A stretch of 64,000 bases of DNA, taken from Ginglymostoma cirratum (Eukaryota). The notes beneath the pieces were generated by a model that saw nothing but the letters and a program-made list of their open reading frames with translations, made no database searches and was not told the origin of the DNA. The stretch lies in assembly GCA_024137785.1 (NCBI GenBank), contig JAHRHZ010000058.1, forward strand, positions 15,360,883 to 15,424,882, given 5' to 3'. Within the stretch, counting starts at the first letter, position 1. Every line of letters begins with the position of its first letter. Made by a program: the position numbers and the translations under genes. Positions 52,311 through 63,400 of this stretch are shown here, one piece after another.

Positions 52311-52364
52311 GTAAACTGTCTGACTGATGTCAGAGTCATGTCATCAGTTACATCCTCATCATTT

Positions 52365-52885
52365 ACATAGAGTCATAGAGTCATACAGCACAGAAATAGA
52401 CCCTTCAGTCCAACCAGTCTATGCCAAAAATAATCTCAAACTCGGCTAGTTCAACCTGCCTGCTCCTGGCCCATATCCCTCCAAAACTTTCCTATTCATG
52501 TACTTATCCAAATGTCTTTTAAATGTTGTAATTGTACCCACATCTACCTCTTCCTCAGGAAGTTCATTCCACACGTGAACCACCCTCTTCATAAAAAATT
52601 GCCCCCATCTCTTTTTTAAATCTCTCTCTTCTCACCTTAAAAACATGCTTCCTAGTCTTGAAATCCCCCTCCTTAGGGAAAAGATCATTACCATTAACTC
52701 TATTTATATCCCTCATTATTTTATAAACTTCTATAAGGTCGTCTCTCAACCTTCTATGCTCCAGTGAAAATAGTCCCAGCCTACCCAGCCTTTCTTTATA
52801 ACTCAAACCTTCCAAACCCAGCAACATCCTGGTAAATCTCTTCTGAACCCTCTCCTGCTTAATAAGATCCTTCCTATAACTGTTA
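52365..52885 (-). mobile_element. CR1 LINE 3' end
   Basis: ORF reads MLLGLEGLSYKERLGRLGLFSLEHRRLRDDLIEVYKIM. Same family as 18010-18512. Confidence 0.85.
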
Positions 52886-52979
52886 TTCCACTACACTACA
52901 ATAAACAGATTACAAATCATTTAAAAATATCTTAAATACCTTTACATCTTAAATATATATAAAAAAATCTTAAAAATAT

Positions 52980-53315
52980 CGAATGGGACAACACATCCAT
53001 AATTGCACAAGACAAACAGAGACATGCCAGGGAATTCCTGGAGGCCTGGTATTCTAACTGGAACTCCAACAACAAACACATTGAATTAGACCCTGTGTAC
53101 AAACCACTGAGAAACAGAACTGGAAGCGGTACCAAACACCCCAGTGAACTGAGGCATATAAATAACAAGTGGGACAGAACACCGATGCTTCACCAGAGGC
53201 GCACTGACGATGTTACCTAGCGGAGTGACGAAACATTTGCAACCAAACCCACCGACTCAGACAGCATGTCTACAACCTCATCCACAACCCAAGCTACAAA
53301 TCTACAAACAAAAAC
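52980..53315 (+). mobile_element. Penelope-like 3' end with hammerhead core
   Basis: Homolog of 35085-35478. Core CTGACGA-tgttac-ctagcgga-gtgac-GAAAC at about 53203-53234. Confidence 0.72.
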
Positions 53316-53869
53316 TTTGAAAAATATCTCTTGGGCTTGGAGCAGTTTTATTCTTTTTATGGCGATGTGCATGTTCTCCCTTTGAGATATCCTCAACAAT
53401 AAATAATTAAACCTACGGGGCTCACTAAAGGTATGCAGATACTGGAAAACCTACCCACACAAAAGTTGCAACAGTTGGGAGAGTTGAGTTCAAAATCTTT
53501 CTCTGCAGTGTCATCCACTGGCCACAACTTGCAACTACATTGTTACAACCAACTATGAGTTTTAATGATTTAATTCTACATACCTACATTGATAGTTTCG
53601 ATGTTAAATGTTGTCATAAAAGTGTGATAAATAAAAGCATTAATTTGGAAAGGAAGTTTGTGCATGAACAGGATGTTTAACTACATGTCGGTTGATTTTT
53701 CTGTGGACTTGCACATTGTGAATCTTCAGGTGAAAAGACAGGGGACAAGATCCTTCGATCATACAGATATAATTAAATTCCCAGTTCAAAATCTTACTCT
53801 CCACTTATATTTAATTAGTAGAAAGAATAAGAAAACCAGTATAAATTCAATTTAATGGTTTGCGGGAAT

Positions 53870-54540
53870 AAAGATACTTGAGGCCGCTCGTACACTTTAA
53901 AGGTAGTCGAACACATTGAGAAAAGTTGTTTTATTAAAGCAAACGTTTATAGAATCTTTGATTTTGTAAACAAAGGTATAAAGTAAGCAAGCAAGGAAAA
54001 TTTTGAACTTTTAGGAATCATAGATTGGGCCTTAGCTAGAGCTTTATGGCCAGTTCTGTGCAACATGCTTTAGGAAGGATGACAAGGTCTTAGAAAAAGG
54101 TACAGAAGAGATTTACGAGAATATTACTGGGAACATATTATATCTGTTATATGAACAAACTAGAGAAACTGGGATTGTTCTCCTTATAGAAGTTTAATAG
54201 GAGATTGAGTAGGGATATTCAAAATCTAGAAGGGCTTTGATAAACGAAATAAAGAACAAATATTTTTGTGGCAGAAGGGCAGGCAACCAGAGGATACAAC
54301 TTTATGGTAACTGGCAAAAAAGCCAGAGGCTTTTAACTGAGTTCTTTTAATCCAGTGAGTTGTGATCTGAAGGGCAGTGCCAGAAAGAATGATAGAAGTT
54401 GATTCTAAAAAAGAGTTTACAAATGAAAACTGGATAAGTACTTGAAAATGGAAGATGTGTAGGGATTAATTCAAATAGCTCTTCCAAAGAGGCAGCACAG
54501 CCACAATTTTATCCCCTAATGTGCTGTTTCATTCTTAGAG
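53870..54540 (+). mobile_element. Degenerate CR1 3' fragment
   Basis: CR1 ORF2 C-terminal nucleotide pattern. Confidence 0.6.
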
Positions 54541-54734
54541 GGAAACCAGTATATGGTGAAGAACACTATTGATTGCATTTTATTCCCTCAGCAAATTATT
54601 GAAAAAGAATGCTCAGTATTAAATCCTGAAATTTAAATGTTCAGCCCACATTTTTCATCTTTAGAAATGCAAATATTATTCCATCACTTCACTAAAAGTA
54701 GTATCATTAATTATTCATTTATTTAGTGTCTTAC

Positions 54735-55006
54735 CAACATGGGATTTGGATGGAATGCTCCAAGGCTTCCTTGGACTGGCCTGAAGCTGCCTCTTGAGGC
54801 ACACATTCCAGTTGGCATTGGAGCTCCCTTGTAGCCTGGTTGATTCATTGGAAAACCCATGGAGAAGGGGTGATAACTGTAGACACTACTGCAATATCCT
54901 GTATACAGCTTAGGTGGCAAGATATTCCGGTAAAAGCCACTCACAGAATTCCTCTCTGCTTGCTCTTTACTGGTGGTGGAAACCTCCTGGTATAAAGCAG
55001 GATGAT
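54735..55006 (-). CDS. dmrtb1: dmrtb1 internal coding exon
   Basis: Acceptor ttttcttcacatttag|AT (phase 1) and donor TTG|GTAAGA (phase 0). Reads DHPALYQEVS...SSVYSYHPFSMGFPMNQPGYKGAPMPTGMCASRGSFRPVQ, resembling the DMRTB1 motif SMHPYCPFPLGY...QGFRHV. Confidence 0.8.
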
Positions 55007-56514
55007 CTAAATGTGAAGAAAAGCACTCTCACAAATCAATCCAACACTAAATCAAATTATTACAAGGCAAAGAAACTAAACTATAAAACTATAGTCAGGA
55101 GGCACTGAAGGCTGAATTTGCAGCCTTCCCAGTTACAATGGTGCAAGGTTAGCAGGAAAATTAAAGAGCATTGTTAACTCCTTGACCTTTCTGTGATTTC
55201 TATTGGAAACGATGTGAATGAACATCAGAGAAAACAAGAGAAAAAATTTCCATGATGTTTGAACAGCCTGCTGAAACTTCCGGTCATGGATCATACGTGA
55301 AAAATGGCCATATCAGAGGAAGACAGCTGTGGGCTAACTCTGTAATAAAACATTTCATGCCCTTATCCAAGTTGCTCCTTAAATCCCTTTATAGGCTCCC
55401 CATTTCATATTTTTGAACCTGATGTGGTCACTCTCCACCCCACCCCCAGAATCTGTGCAAATGTGACCCCGGCCTCTTATGCCGTCCACCTGTCTGCTCC
55501 CAATTACTGTAAGCCACAAGGATTCCATTTACAGCAAATCCTACGCTAAACTCCTGTCTCATCTCTTCAAGATGTTCCTAAAAATTCATCTCTTTGGTCA
55601 AACCTTTGGTCATTCTTCCAAATAATTCCTCCATTGACTTGATGTCCTAGTTGGGTGAAGTAATACTGAATGTTTGTTTCTATAATAAAACCATTTTATA
55701 GATCTAACTTGTTTTCAAAGTTTCTATTTAGACTAATGTGATATGCATAAGAACCGCAGAGATTCTGCAAGGTAATTGGATTACAGCGGAAGGAGAACAT
55801 TTTGCAATGAAATAGCACCTTCAGCACAATGCGTTACAGTGCTCATGTGGTTAATGCAGTTCGTTGGGGTTTCGTTAACTCAAAAGTTAACCAATCTAGA
55901 GCAAGATGTTTGATTCCTTCTGAGTATCCATCATTATGCCTAAATTCCAGCAGTTCATTGATTTGTACAGGTGATAATTACACCTACAAAGCCGTTCCAT
56001 TTTTAAAAAAGTGATCTTGCCTCTGGATTGTGTCATAAACAAAAGACATTTTTACCCGATCAGGTTAGTCTGACCCACAATCCCTTTACAGGAATACCTG
56101 TGCACCATCTTTCGCCTGGCACCTTTTGATCTGGCAGGCTTTGGTGGCTTCACCTTGAATGATAATCTCCGCAGTCTAGTTCTGGGGATTATCGCTCACT
56201 GCTGGGATGATTTGCAGGCTAAGAGCTAAATAATGTCTACTTGAATGAAACGGAGAGTATTCGGGTACCGTCACCCAGCAAGGAGCCAACACCTTTCTTG
56301 AGGCTGATAAGATTGTGTCATTGTGTCCGCGTTCGGCAAAACCTTCAAAAATATACGTGCGCCTGAACATTAACGATTTTGAGAATGGCGCTTCCTGCCA
56401 CCAATTTTTGAATGTTGATTATCTTTTGGACCATTATATTGATTTGCTGCAAGGACACAAATATTGCAATTTGTTTGCTCCGACATTTTTTTTCTAGCCT
56501 CCAGTCTTCCCTAC

Positions 56515-56664
56515 CTAAAGTGCCACAATCTTTTTTTTCTCGCGGATGAGAATGATTGAAAACTTTGTTACAAGATAGCGTGAGCCCCACCGGGTCTGGA
56601 ACAAATTGTCCAGAGACTGACGACCCAGAACTCAAACTAGCAACCTGAAACTCCCAGCCACGAG
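56515..56664 (-). CDS. dmrtb1: Possible 150-nt in-frame (phase 1-1) internal exon of dmrtb1
   Basis: Acceptor ctttgtttaattcag|CT and donor TTAG|GTAGGG. Open frame ARGWEFQVASLSSGSSVSGQFVPDPVGLTLSCNKVFNHSHPREKKDCGTL. No homology recognised. Confidence 0.4.
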
Positions 56665-57198
56665 CTGAATTAAACAAAGGTCGTTCACTGCAGGCGAAAT
56701 AACCAAGATTTATTGTAATTAGCAACAATTACAAATAACCTTCTTTCTTCGGAATGAAAGCAGTAAATACAGCTCTGTTACAGATGCAGGGAAATGTAAT
56801 GAAGGAAACGCATCCATCTGTTATTAGCTAGTGTTTCAAAGACCCCAACCTGATGCTTTCACGCCCAGGAGCTTTGAAGTCTCCCAGCAGCAGGGTGAAG
56901 AATTCAATCATTTAAGTACTGTGTCAGATTTCTTTGAATAAGATAATTAAACTACTGAACTTTAAAGATGAAAACTCCAATTACTATTTCAGATCACTGG
57001 TCTATTTCCTTGTTGGCTTCGTCAGTGTCATTGGATTTTAATACATTTTATAATCTGATTTTTGAACATTTGACCAGTCCCCTTGGGATGCAAATAAAAG
57101 TAAAAGGAGTTTTTTTCCGCCCCCTCCCCATTTGTGTTATTTGCTGCAGCCAGAACAGTGGGTGTAAAATATAGTGACTAATTATTCATTCGTCTTAC

Positions 57199-57652
57199 CT
57201 AAAGAGCCAGAGGTGTGGACCACATGGGCAGATGGACTGTCCTTCCTGTCGCCACTGCCCTGTCTACCCTCCTGCACCATTGAGGGGCCACGCCTGTCCG
57301 AAGCAGAGGTGTCTCCCTCCGGCACTGGGCTGGGGTGCTGGCCTGTTGCTTGCTCCGGGGCAGGGGTTGGGCTAGTGCTGGTATTTCTGGCGTCTGCCCC
57401 CAGCGAAGGGCCAGCCGTCCCCATCTCCTCCTCGCGTTGCTGTTGTTTGCGGAGCGCTTTCTGCGCTGCCATGATGCGCTGCCGCTCGGCGATCAGGTAG
57501 CACTTGGGGCACTGGCAGCGCCGCCAGCTACACGCCCCGTGCCCCTTCAGCCGGACATCGAAACCATGGTTCCTGCAGCGAGAGCACTTCGGGGTCCGGG
57601 GAGACTTCACTGCCGCCCCGGCACCCCTCTCCCCTTTAGTGCCCCCAGGCAT
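57199..57652 (-). CDS. dmrtb1: DMRTB1 (dmrt6)-like transcription factor, coding exon 1 (DM domain)
   Basis: ATG at 57652 (AGGATGC). Reads [53 protein letters not shown]; [13 protein letters not shown] and IMAAQK are DMRTB1 hallmarks. Strong phase-1 donor TTAG|GTAAGA at 57199/57198. GC- and CpG-rich. Confidence 0.88.
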
Positions 57653-57745
57653 CCTTCTCCTTCTGAGTTTGAGGAGGATACTACAACCGCCAAGCTGGTA
57701 ACGAGACAGAATCCAGGCTGCACCTGCCGGCTGCAAAAAGTTACA

Positions 57746-57761
57746 TTTTATATCATTTATA
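57746..57761 (-). promoter_or_regulatory. Two TATA-box motifs upstream of dmrtb1
   Basis: TATAAAT (57755-57761) and TATAAAA (57746-57752) on the minus strand, about 100 nt upstream of the ATG, at the edge of the GC-rich exon. Confidence 0.4.
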
Positions 57762-58244
57762 ACTTTCCCCAGATAGTCCCCAAATTGATATATTCCTTAA
57801 ACACACTGGAACCAAAGAACACCTCTTAAATCACAGGAGATTGAAAAAATCCAATATATGATTAGAATAAAAGGATTTCAGTTTCAGAATCTTTTAGGGA
57901 GCTGAAAAATTGGAAGATTTGGGAATGACCATAAAGGGCAACCTAATATGAAAGGTTTTCAAAAGCATTTACAGCCTAACAAGAACCACTTTGCGATAGT
58001 GTACCTACAATTTGATAAGACTAACGACCTTAAAAAGATGTTGGTACACTTACAATTGGGCCCAAGCAAGAATGACATCCCATCAAGTTCCACCACCCAT
58101 GTCTATAAATTATTGCATGTCTCATACTGTAGACTGATCCACGTACGAATATAGCCACCTACCTAGAGAAGGCCACATTAATCCAGAAACAATCTGCATA
58201 TACAACCAAAGCCAACTTACTTTTTGATAAACTCTGTGATTACT

Positions 58245-58895
58245 GGGATTGTTGATTTGTTCGCCGAGCTGGTAGGTTGGTTTGCAGACGTTTCATCACC
58301 ATACTCGGAAACGTCATCAGTGTGCTTCCAATGAAGCATTGTTGGTCTGTCCCGCTTCTTATTTTTGTGGTTTGCGTGGACGTGATGGTTGGCCTCATTT
58401 CCGGTTCTGCTTCGTAGTGGTTGGTATATGGGGTCTATTTCCACATGTTTGTTGATGGAGTTCCAGGTTGAGTACCAGGCCTCTAGGAATTCCCATGTGT
58501 GCCTTTGGGTCGCTTGTCCTAGGATGGCTACATTGTCCTAATCGAACTAATGGTCTTCTTTGTCCAAGTGTATGGAAATGAGTGATAGTTGTCTCTTGGT
58601 AGCTAGTTGGTGTTCGTGTACCCTGACAGCTAGTTTTCTCTCAGTCTCTTCAATATAGTGTTTGTGGCAGTCCTTACATTGAATTTTATATATATCATTG
58701 GTCCTATTAGTTGTGGGTATGGGATCCTTTGTTCTTGTCAGTAGTTGTCATAGTGTAACTGTGGGTTTGTGTGCTACCATTATTCCTAGTGGTTGGAGTA
58801 GTCTGGTGGTCATCTCTGGTATGTTCTTGATGTATGGCAGGGTGACTAGTGTATTTGTGCACGTTGTGTCTTCCTGTTGTTGTCTGTTGAGTAAA
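58245..58895 (-). mobile_element. Penelope-like element (RT C-terminus, GIY-YIG, hammerhead core)
   Basis: TLVTLPYIKNIPEMTTRLLQPLGIMVAHKPTVTL; IYKIQCKDCHKHYI.ET.RKLAVRVHEHQLA; core CTGATGA..GAAACGTC at about 58287-58320. Confidence 0.82.
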
Positions 58896-59029
58896 TGTGA
58901 ATACTTCTGGGGCAAGAGAGGAAGCAACTTATGGACCAAGCTCATAGTCTACTGAACTGCGATTATAAATTGGACAATATATTTTCACCATATTAGAACA
59001 AACTATATCTCTTTCACCTATCTGGATAT

Positions 59030-60000
59030 TATTTAGATCTTGTTGCATTTGACATGGATTGCTTCAGTATCTGAGGAGGCGTGAATGGTGCTGAACATTG
59101 TGCAATCATCAGTGAGCAACCCCACTTCTGACCTTATGATAGAGGAAAGGTCGTTATTGAAGTCGCATATGGTTGGACTGATGACTGTATCCTCTGGAAT
59201 TCCTGCAGTGACATCCTGGAACTGAGATGACTGATCTCCAACACCACAGCCGTCTTCCTTTGTGTTCAGGTATGTCAGGTTATGACTACAAACAGCAGAG
59301 AGTTTACCCCTGATTCCCATGGACTCCAGCTTTGTTAGGGTTCCTGGATACCACGCTCAGTCAAATGTGGCTTTGATATCAAGGGCAGTCACCTCTAGAA
59401 TTCAGCTCCTACGTCCATGATTGAATTAAGGCTATAATGAGGTCAGGAGCTCAATGCTTCTGGTGTAACCCAAACAGAGTGTCACTGAGCAGGTTGTTGC
59501 TAAGCAGGTGCTGCTTCATAGCACTGTTGATAACACCTTCCACCACTTTAATGATGATTGAGGGGAGACTGGTGGTGGTAATTGTACAGATTGGATTTGA
59601 TCTGCCTTTTGTGTGCAGGACATGCCTGTACAATTTTCCATATTGTGGAAACATGCCAGTGTTGTAGCTGTACTGAAACAGCTTGGCTAGGGAAGAGTCA
59701 AGTTCTGGAGTGCAAGTCTTCAGCACTATTGCTGAATGTTATCGTGTCCCATAGCCTTTGCACTATCCAATGCCTCTAGCCATTTCTTGATATCATGTGG
59801 AATGAATTGAATTGTCTGAAGACTGGCAGTTGTGATATTGGGTACTTCTAGAGGAGGCTGAGATGGATTATCCACTTGACACTTCTGGCTGAAGATCACT
59901 GTAAATGTTTCAGCTTTGTAGTTTGCACTGATATGCTGGGCTCTCGCATTATTGAGAGTGGGGATGTTTGTGAAGCCTCCTTCTCCAGTAAGTTGTTTTC
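59030..60000 (-). mobile_element. Non-LTR retrotransposon RT fragment (CR1/L2 superclade)
   Basis: LKTCTPELDSSLAKLFQYSYNTG...SIIIKVVEGVINSAMKQHLLSNNLLSDTLFG; IIRSEVGLLTDDC. Confidence 0.8.
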
Positions 60001-60155
60001 ATTCATTAACCTGACAGTGATCACAAGGAGATGGCCATTAGAAAAGACTGGGTTACATCAAAGAAGGGATAGTATGGAGGGTAGCCCACGAATGAGCATG
60101 AGGTGCTAATCTAAGCATATACCAGCTTCAGAAGGTACTCAGGCAATGTCTGTGT

Positions 60156-60259
60156 CAGGCAATTTTCTGAAGAAGGGTCTAGGCCCGAAATGTCAGCCTT
60201 CCTGCTCCTCTGATGCTGCTTGGCCTGCTGTGTTCATCCAGCTCTACACCTTGTTATCT
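60156..60259 (+). mobile_element. Solo Penelope pseudo-LTR with hammerhead core and 12-bp TSD
   Basis: Core CTGAAGA-aggg-tctagg-ccc-GAAAT-GTC. TSD caatgtctgtgt at 60144-60155 and 60260-60271. Confidence 0.72.
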
Positions 60260-62349
60260 CAATGTCTGTGTACTGTCTGTTCACTGTCAGGAGTCAAGGT
60301 GTGCAGCCAGCCATGCTGATTACAGTAGAATCATACACACTGTCTTGCCCTCTGGATGATAGGCGTGGTGCAAAGCTCCTGTGGGAGCCTGATCCCAAAA
60401 TTGTGTCCCTGATCCCTGTGAAAACAACTTGGGACGCTGAAACACACAAATCAATTATATGCTAACACTTTGATGTAGTTAAGGCTTTTGGACATGGGTG
60501 AGAATGGCCTATGTGAACTTGGTAAAGTCATTCATGAATGCAAGAATGTGTTCAGCCCCATTTCTACTGGGGTCAAGGACGGTAAAATCTATTGCAAGTA
60601 CTTCTAGAGGTCTCTAATGAATCAGGGACCCCACACTGTGGTGAAGTCACTTCCTTGCTTTGGCTACAGTACACCTCTCCAACTGTGAAAGAAGTCATCA
60701 ACATCAGCAGTCATCCCATGCTGTTAGGTCAGGGAGTTATCTTTCTCATTGCTTGGTGTCATTGCCATTTATGCCAGAAAAGTAACACGAGGTTTGCATG
60801 GATAACCCAAAGATTCTGAAGTAGGATTATTTATTCCGCTGGCATCATGCCATTACAAACAGATAAGGAAATGAAAGATAAACAAGGAACAATTTACATT
60901 ATGCATATATTGACCATGTGAATTACATTGGGCTGGGGAATTCCTGTGCCATCTGCAACCCCTTACTGTCAACCCTCTCCCACCAAAGACCACCCTTTCT
61001 CTCCATAAGAGTTCATTAGACTGCCCAAGCTGCTCTCCTTCACTGATGCCTTTGGCGGCAGTGGTCCTGGAGAATTGTTCAGCTCAGTGCTCCCCCTTCG
61101 CCATTTCTACTTGCTGCCGGAGGTCTCATTAAAAAGAGGGGACAACAATTGCAACGGGGGCTACCCGAAATGTAAGGGTGACAATAATACACTGGAGGAG
61201 ATGAGTTACTGCCAGGGGCATAGTAGTCATTTATGGTCTCCAGTCACCACCACCTAGCTTCAACAGGGGACAGTTCAGCACAATGGTTGATTGACGTGGC
61301 TAAGAAAGAAGTACAGAATTCAGGAGGTAATTTTGAGAGGTGAAGATGTAAATGAAAGAGTTGGATAGGTACGTCTGGAAGTCACACTTAGCCGAGTTAA
61401 CAGGGAATCCAAGGAAGAAAGGAACATGGAGATTTGGAGAGTCACCTAGATCAACAGGCTGAGCTAGAAACTGTAGACCATGACCTGTATTGCCTTCCAT
61501 CCTCATCCACATTGCAAATGCACAATGGAAATGAAAAATAGTTTCTATCACATCTAGAGTGGGCAAAGTGAGTATTTCTTTTTCAGTTTGAGCATATTGG
61601 CTCTATTTTTGTGAAATGTGAAGCCCATCAAGGAGAAGTTGCATTAATTAGGCACTTACACAGTACAGTTTAAAGACTTTTGTAATCATAAAATCATAGT
61701 TCCACATGCAGTGATACAAATCCTGGCCGCAAGCAATCTTGACCACATTGTGGAGTATTACATCATAGTCATTTCTATGAAACAGAAATAATCACACATG
61801 ACCTGAAGACCACAAAGCACAAAGACAGTCTATGATCACATAGATTGCACAAAGGCAGAGAGCTGATTTCTTCTCACTTTGAACCAAGTGTTTGCCAACA
61901 TCCACTTACATGCAATGCTGCCTTCCTTAGGTGATGTGGGGTTGGCGGTCTTGGAAGAACATGGTTTCTGTAATATTACTTCATATACAACCTCTTACTA
62001 ATTTGTGTGGCATGGCCAGTGTTGCATACATCAGAATAAGGTCCACTATGTCAAAGGTCTATGTACAAGCATTTCATGGCCCTCATTGTCAGAGTCCACC
62101 ACATCCCACTGTAATGGGAATTGTACTAAATTATCATTACATGTGATGCAAATGCTGACTGCTCACATAGTGAGGGCCTGTTCTGTTTCTGATATTCCCC
62201 AAAGAGGTTCATGGAACCAAGACCAATGGATCCAACCACAGCAGCGTAGCCAGTACTGCAACTGTAATGCAACAAAGGTGCAGAAAATCAAGGAGAAACA
62301 AATGTGCCAGTAAGCAATCTCCAGCTCCAGTCAAATATTCTCCTTTTGG

Positions 62350-63400
62350 AGAAGTCACAACTGAAGTTCCCCTCAAGATGCAGAGATAGTACAGGAGGCG
62401 TAGTGTCTATCGTCCTCTATGTTATTTTCTCTAAATGAGCAGAGTGCACTGCCACCTCTACCTGTTGACATGCCAGAATACTGTTCTAGAGCACTGAACT
62501 GTACCATCTGCTGAAGCAGAACTTGCAACCTGAAGGGATGGGTGACCATCCTATCCCAGTGGCCAACAAGGGAACATTAAACATTTATGCGCCTGGCAGC
62601 TTCTAAGAATCAACAATATGAGATCTCTCAGTTTCTCAACCCCAAATGTATCAAGGTTGTTATTGATGCAATTTGTGCCAGATCACACATTTCATCTCAT
62701 TTCCTGTGACAAGGTCAATGCTGCAGCCCAGGTGGTAGGCATTGCCAATGTAGCTGGCTTTCCTCAGGTGCATGGCACTATAAACTGTAAACATATTATG
62801 TTGAGAGCATCATATCATAACACGACTGACTTCATCATCAAGAAAGTGTTCTATTGTACCACTACTTTGAACTCTGTACTAGGTATCCTGGGAGCTGTCA
62901 TGATGCCTATATCTTTGAGAACTTCATGTTTTCACTTCATTTTAAGGGCTGGATACCTTCCAAGGCTGCTACTGGGAGACAAAGGCTAACCCCTACAACC
63001 ACAGCTGGTGACTCCATTCTGCATCTCCCTGGCTGAGGTCAAATATTGATACAGTGCAACCTATTCTTCCACCAGGGGCATTATGGAGCAGATGATAGGC
63101 TACCTAAAAATGAAGTTCCATTGTTTGGAATGGTATAGGGGGCCTTGAGTTCACTCTAGACAGACCGTGCGTATAATCCAAGCATGTGCTCTGCACAACT
63201 GGAGAAGATGAAGAGGGGATGTGAGGGATGTTGAAGAGTTTGGAGTGGGGAGTCAGTCTACTGAGGAGGAGGAGATGAGGACATTGAACAGGTGGAATAT
63301 CATCTTCAGCATGATAAAAGCAAGGCGGCATTGGGTACGATAAGTTAGACAAGCCTTAATTGACACCTGCCTTCCAATAGATGTGAGCTGAGTGAAGTGA
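62350..63400 (+). mobile_element. PIF/Harbinger transposase pseudogene (DDE_Tnp_4/HARBI1-like)
   Basis: IANVAGFPQVHGTINCKHI, CTRYPGSCHDAYI, LLGDKG, STRGIMEQ.IGYLKMKF.CL, C.ALHN. Frameshifted. Confidence 0.82.

Noticed and set aside
42798-57652. Calling the upstream gene DMRT1 (canonical cluster)
   Set aside because: It lacks DMRT1's CARC..HGY.SPLKGHKRFC and [10 protein letters not shown], and the downstream exons resemble DMRTB1. A phylogeny would settle it.
57653-57736. 28-aa N-terminal extension of dmrtb1 in the ORF track
   Set aside because: It begins at TTG, not ATG. The first ATG with a purine at -3 is 57652, so this is probably 5' UTR.
57174-57829. Plus-strand ORFs overlapping dmrtb1 exon 1
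   Set aside because: GC-rich antisense shadows of the DM exon.
62350-63400. Domesticated HARBI1 gene
   Set aside because: Frameshifts, stops and a degenerate catalytic motif (TINCKH instead of AIDCTH) indicate a dead transposon.
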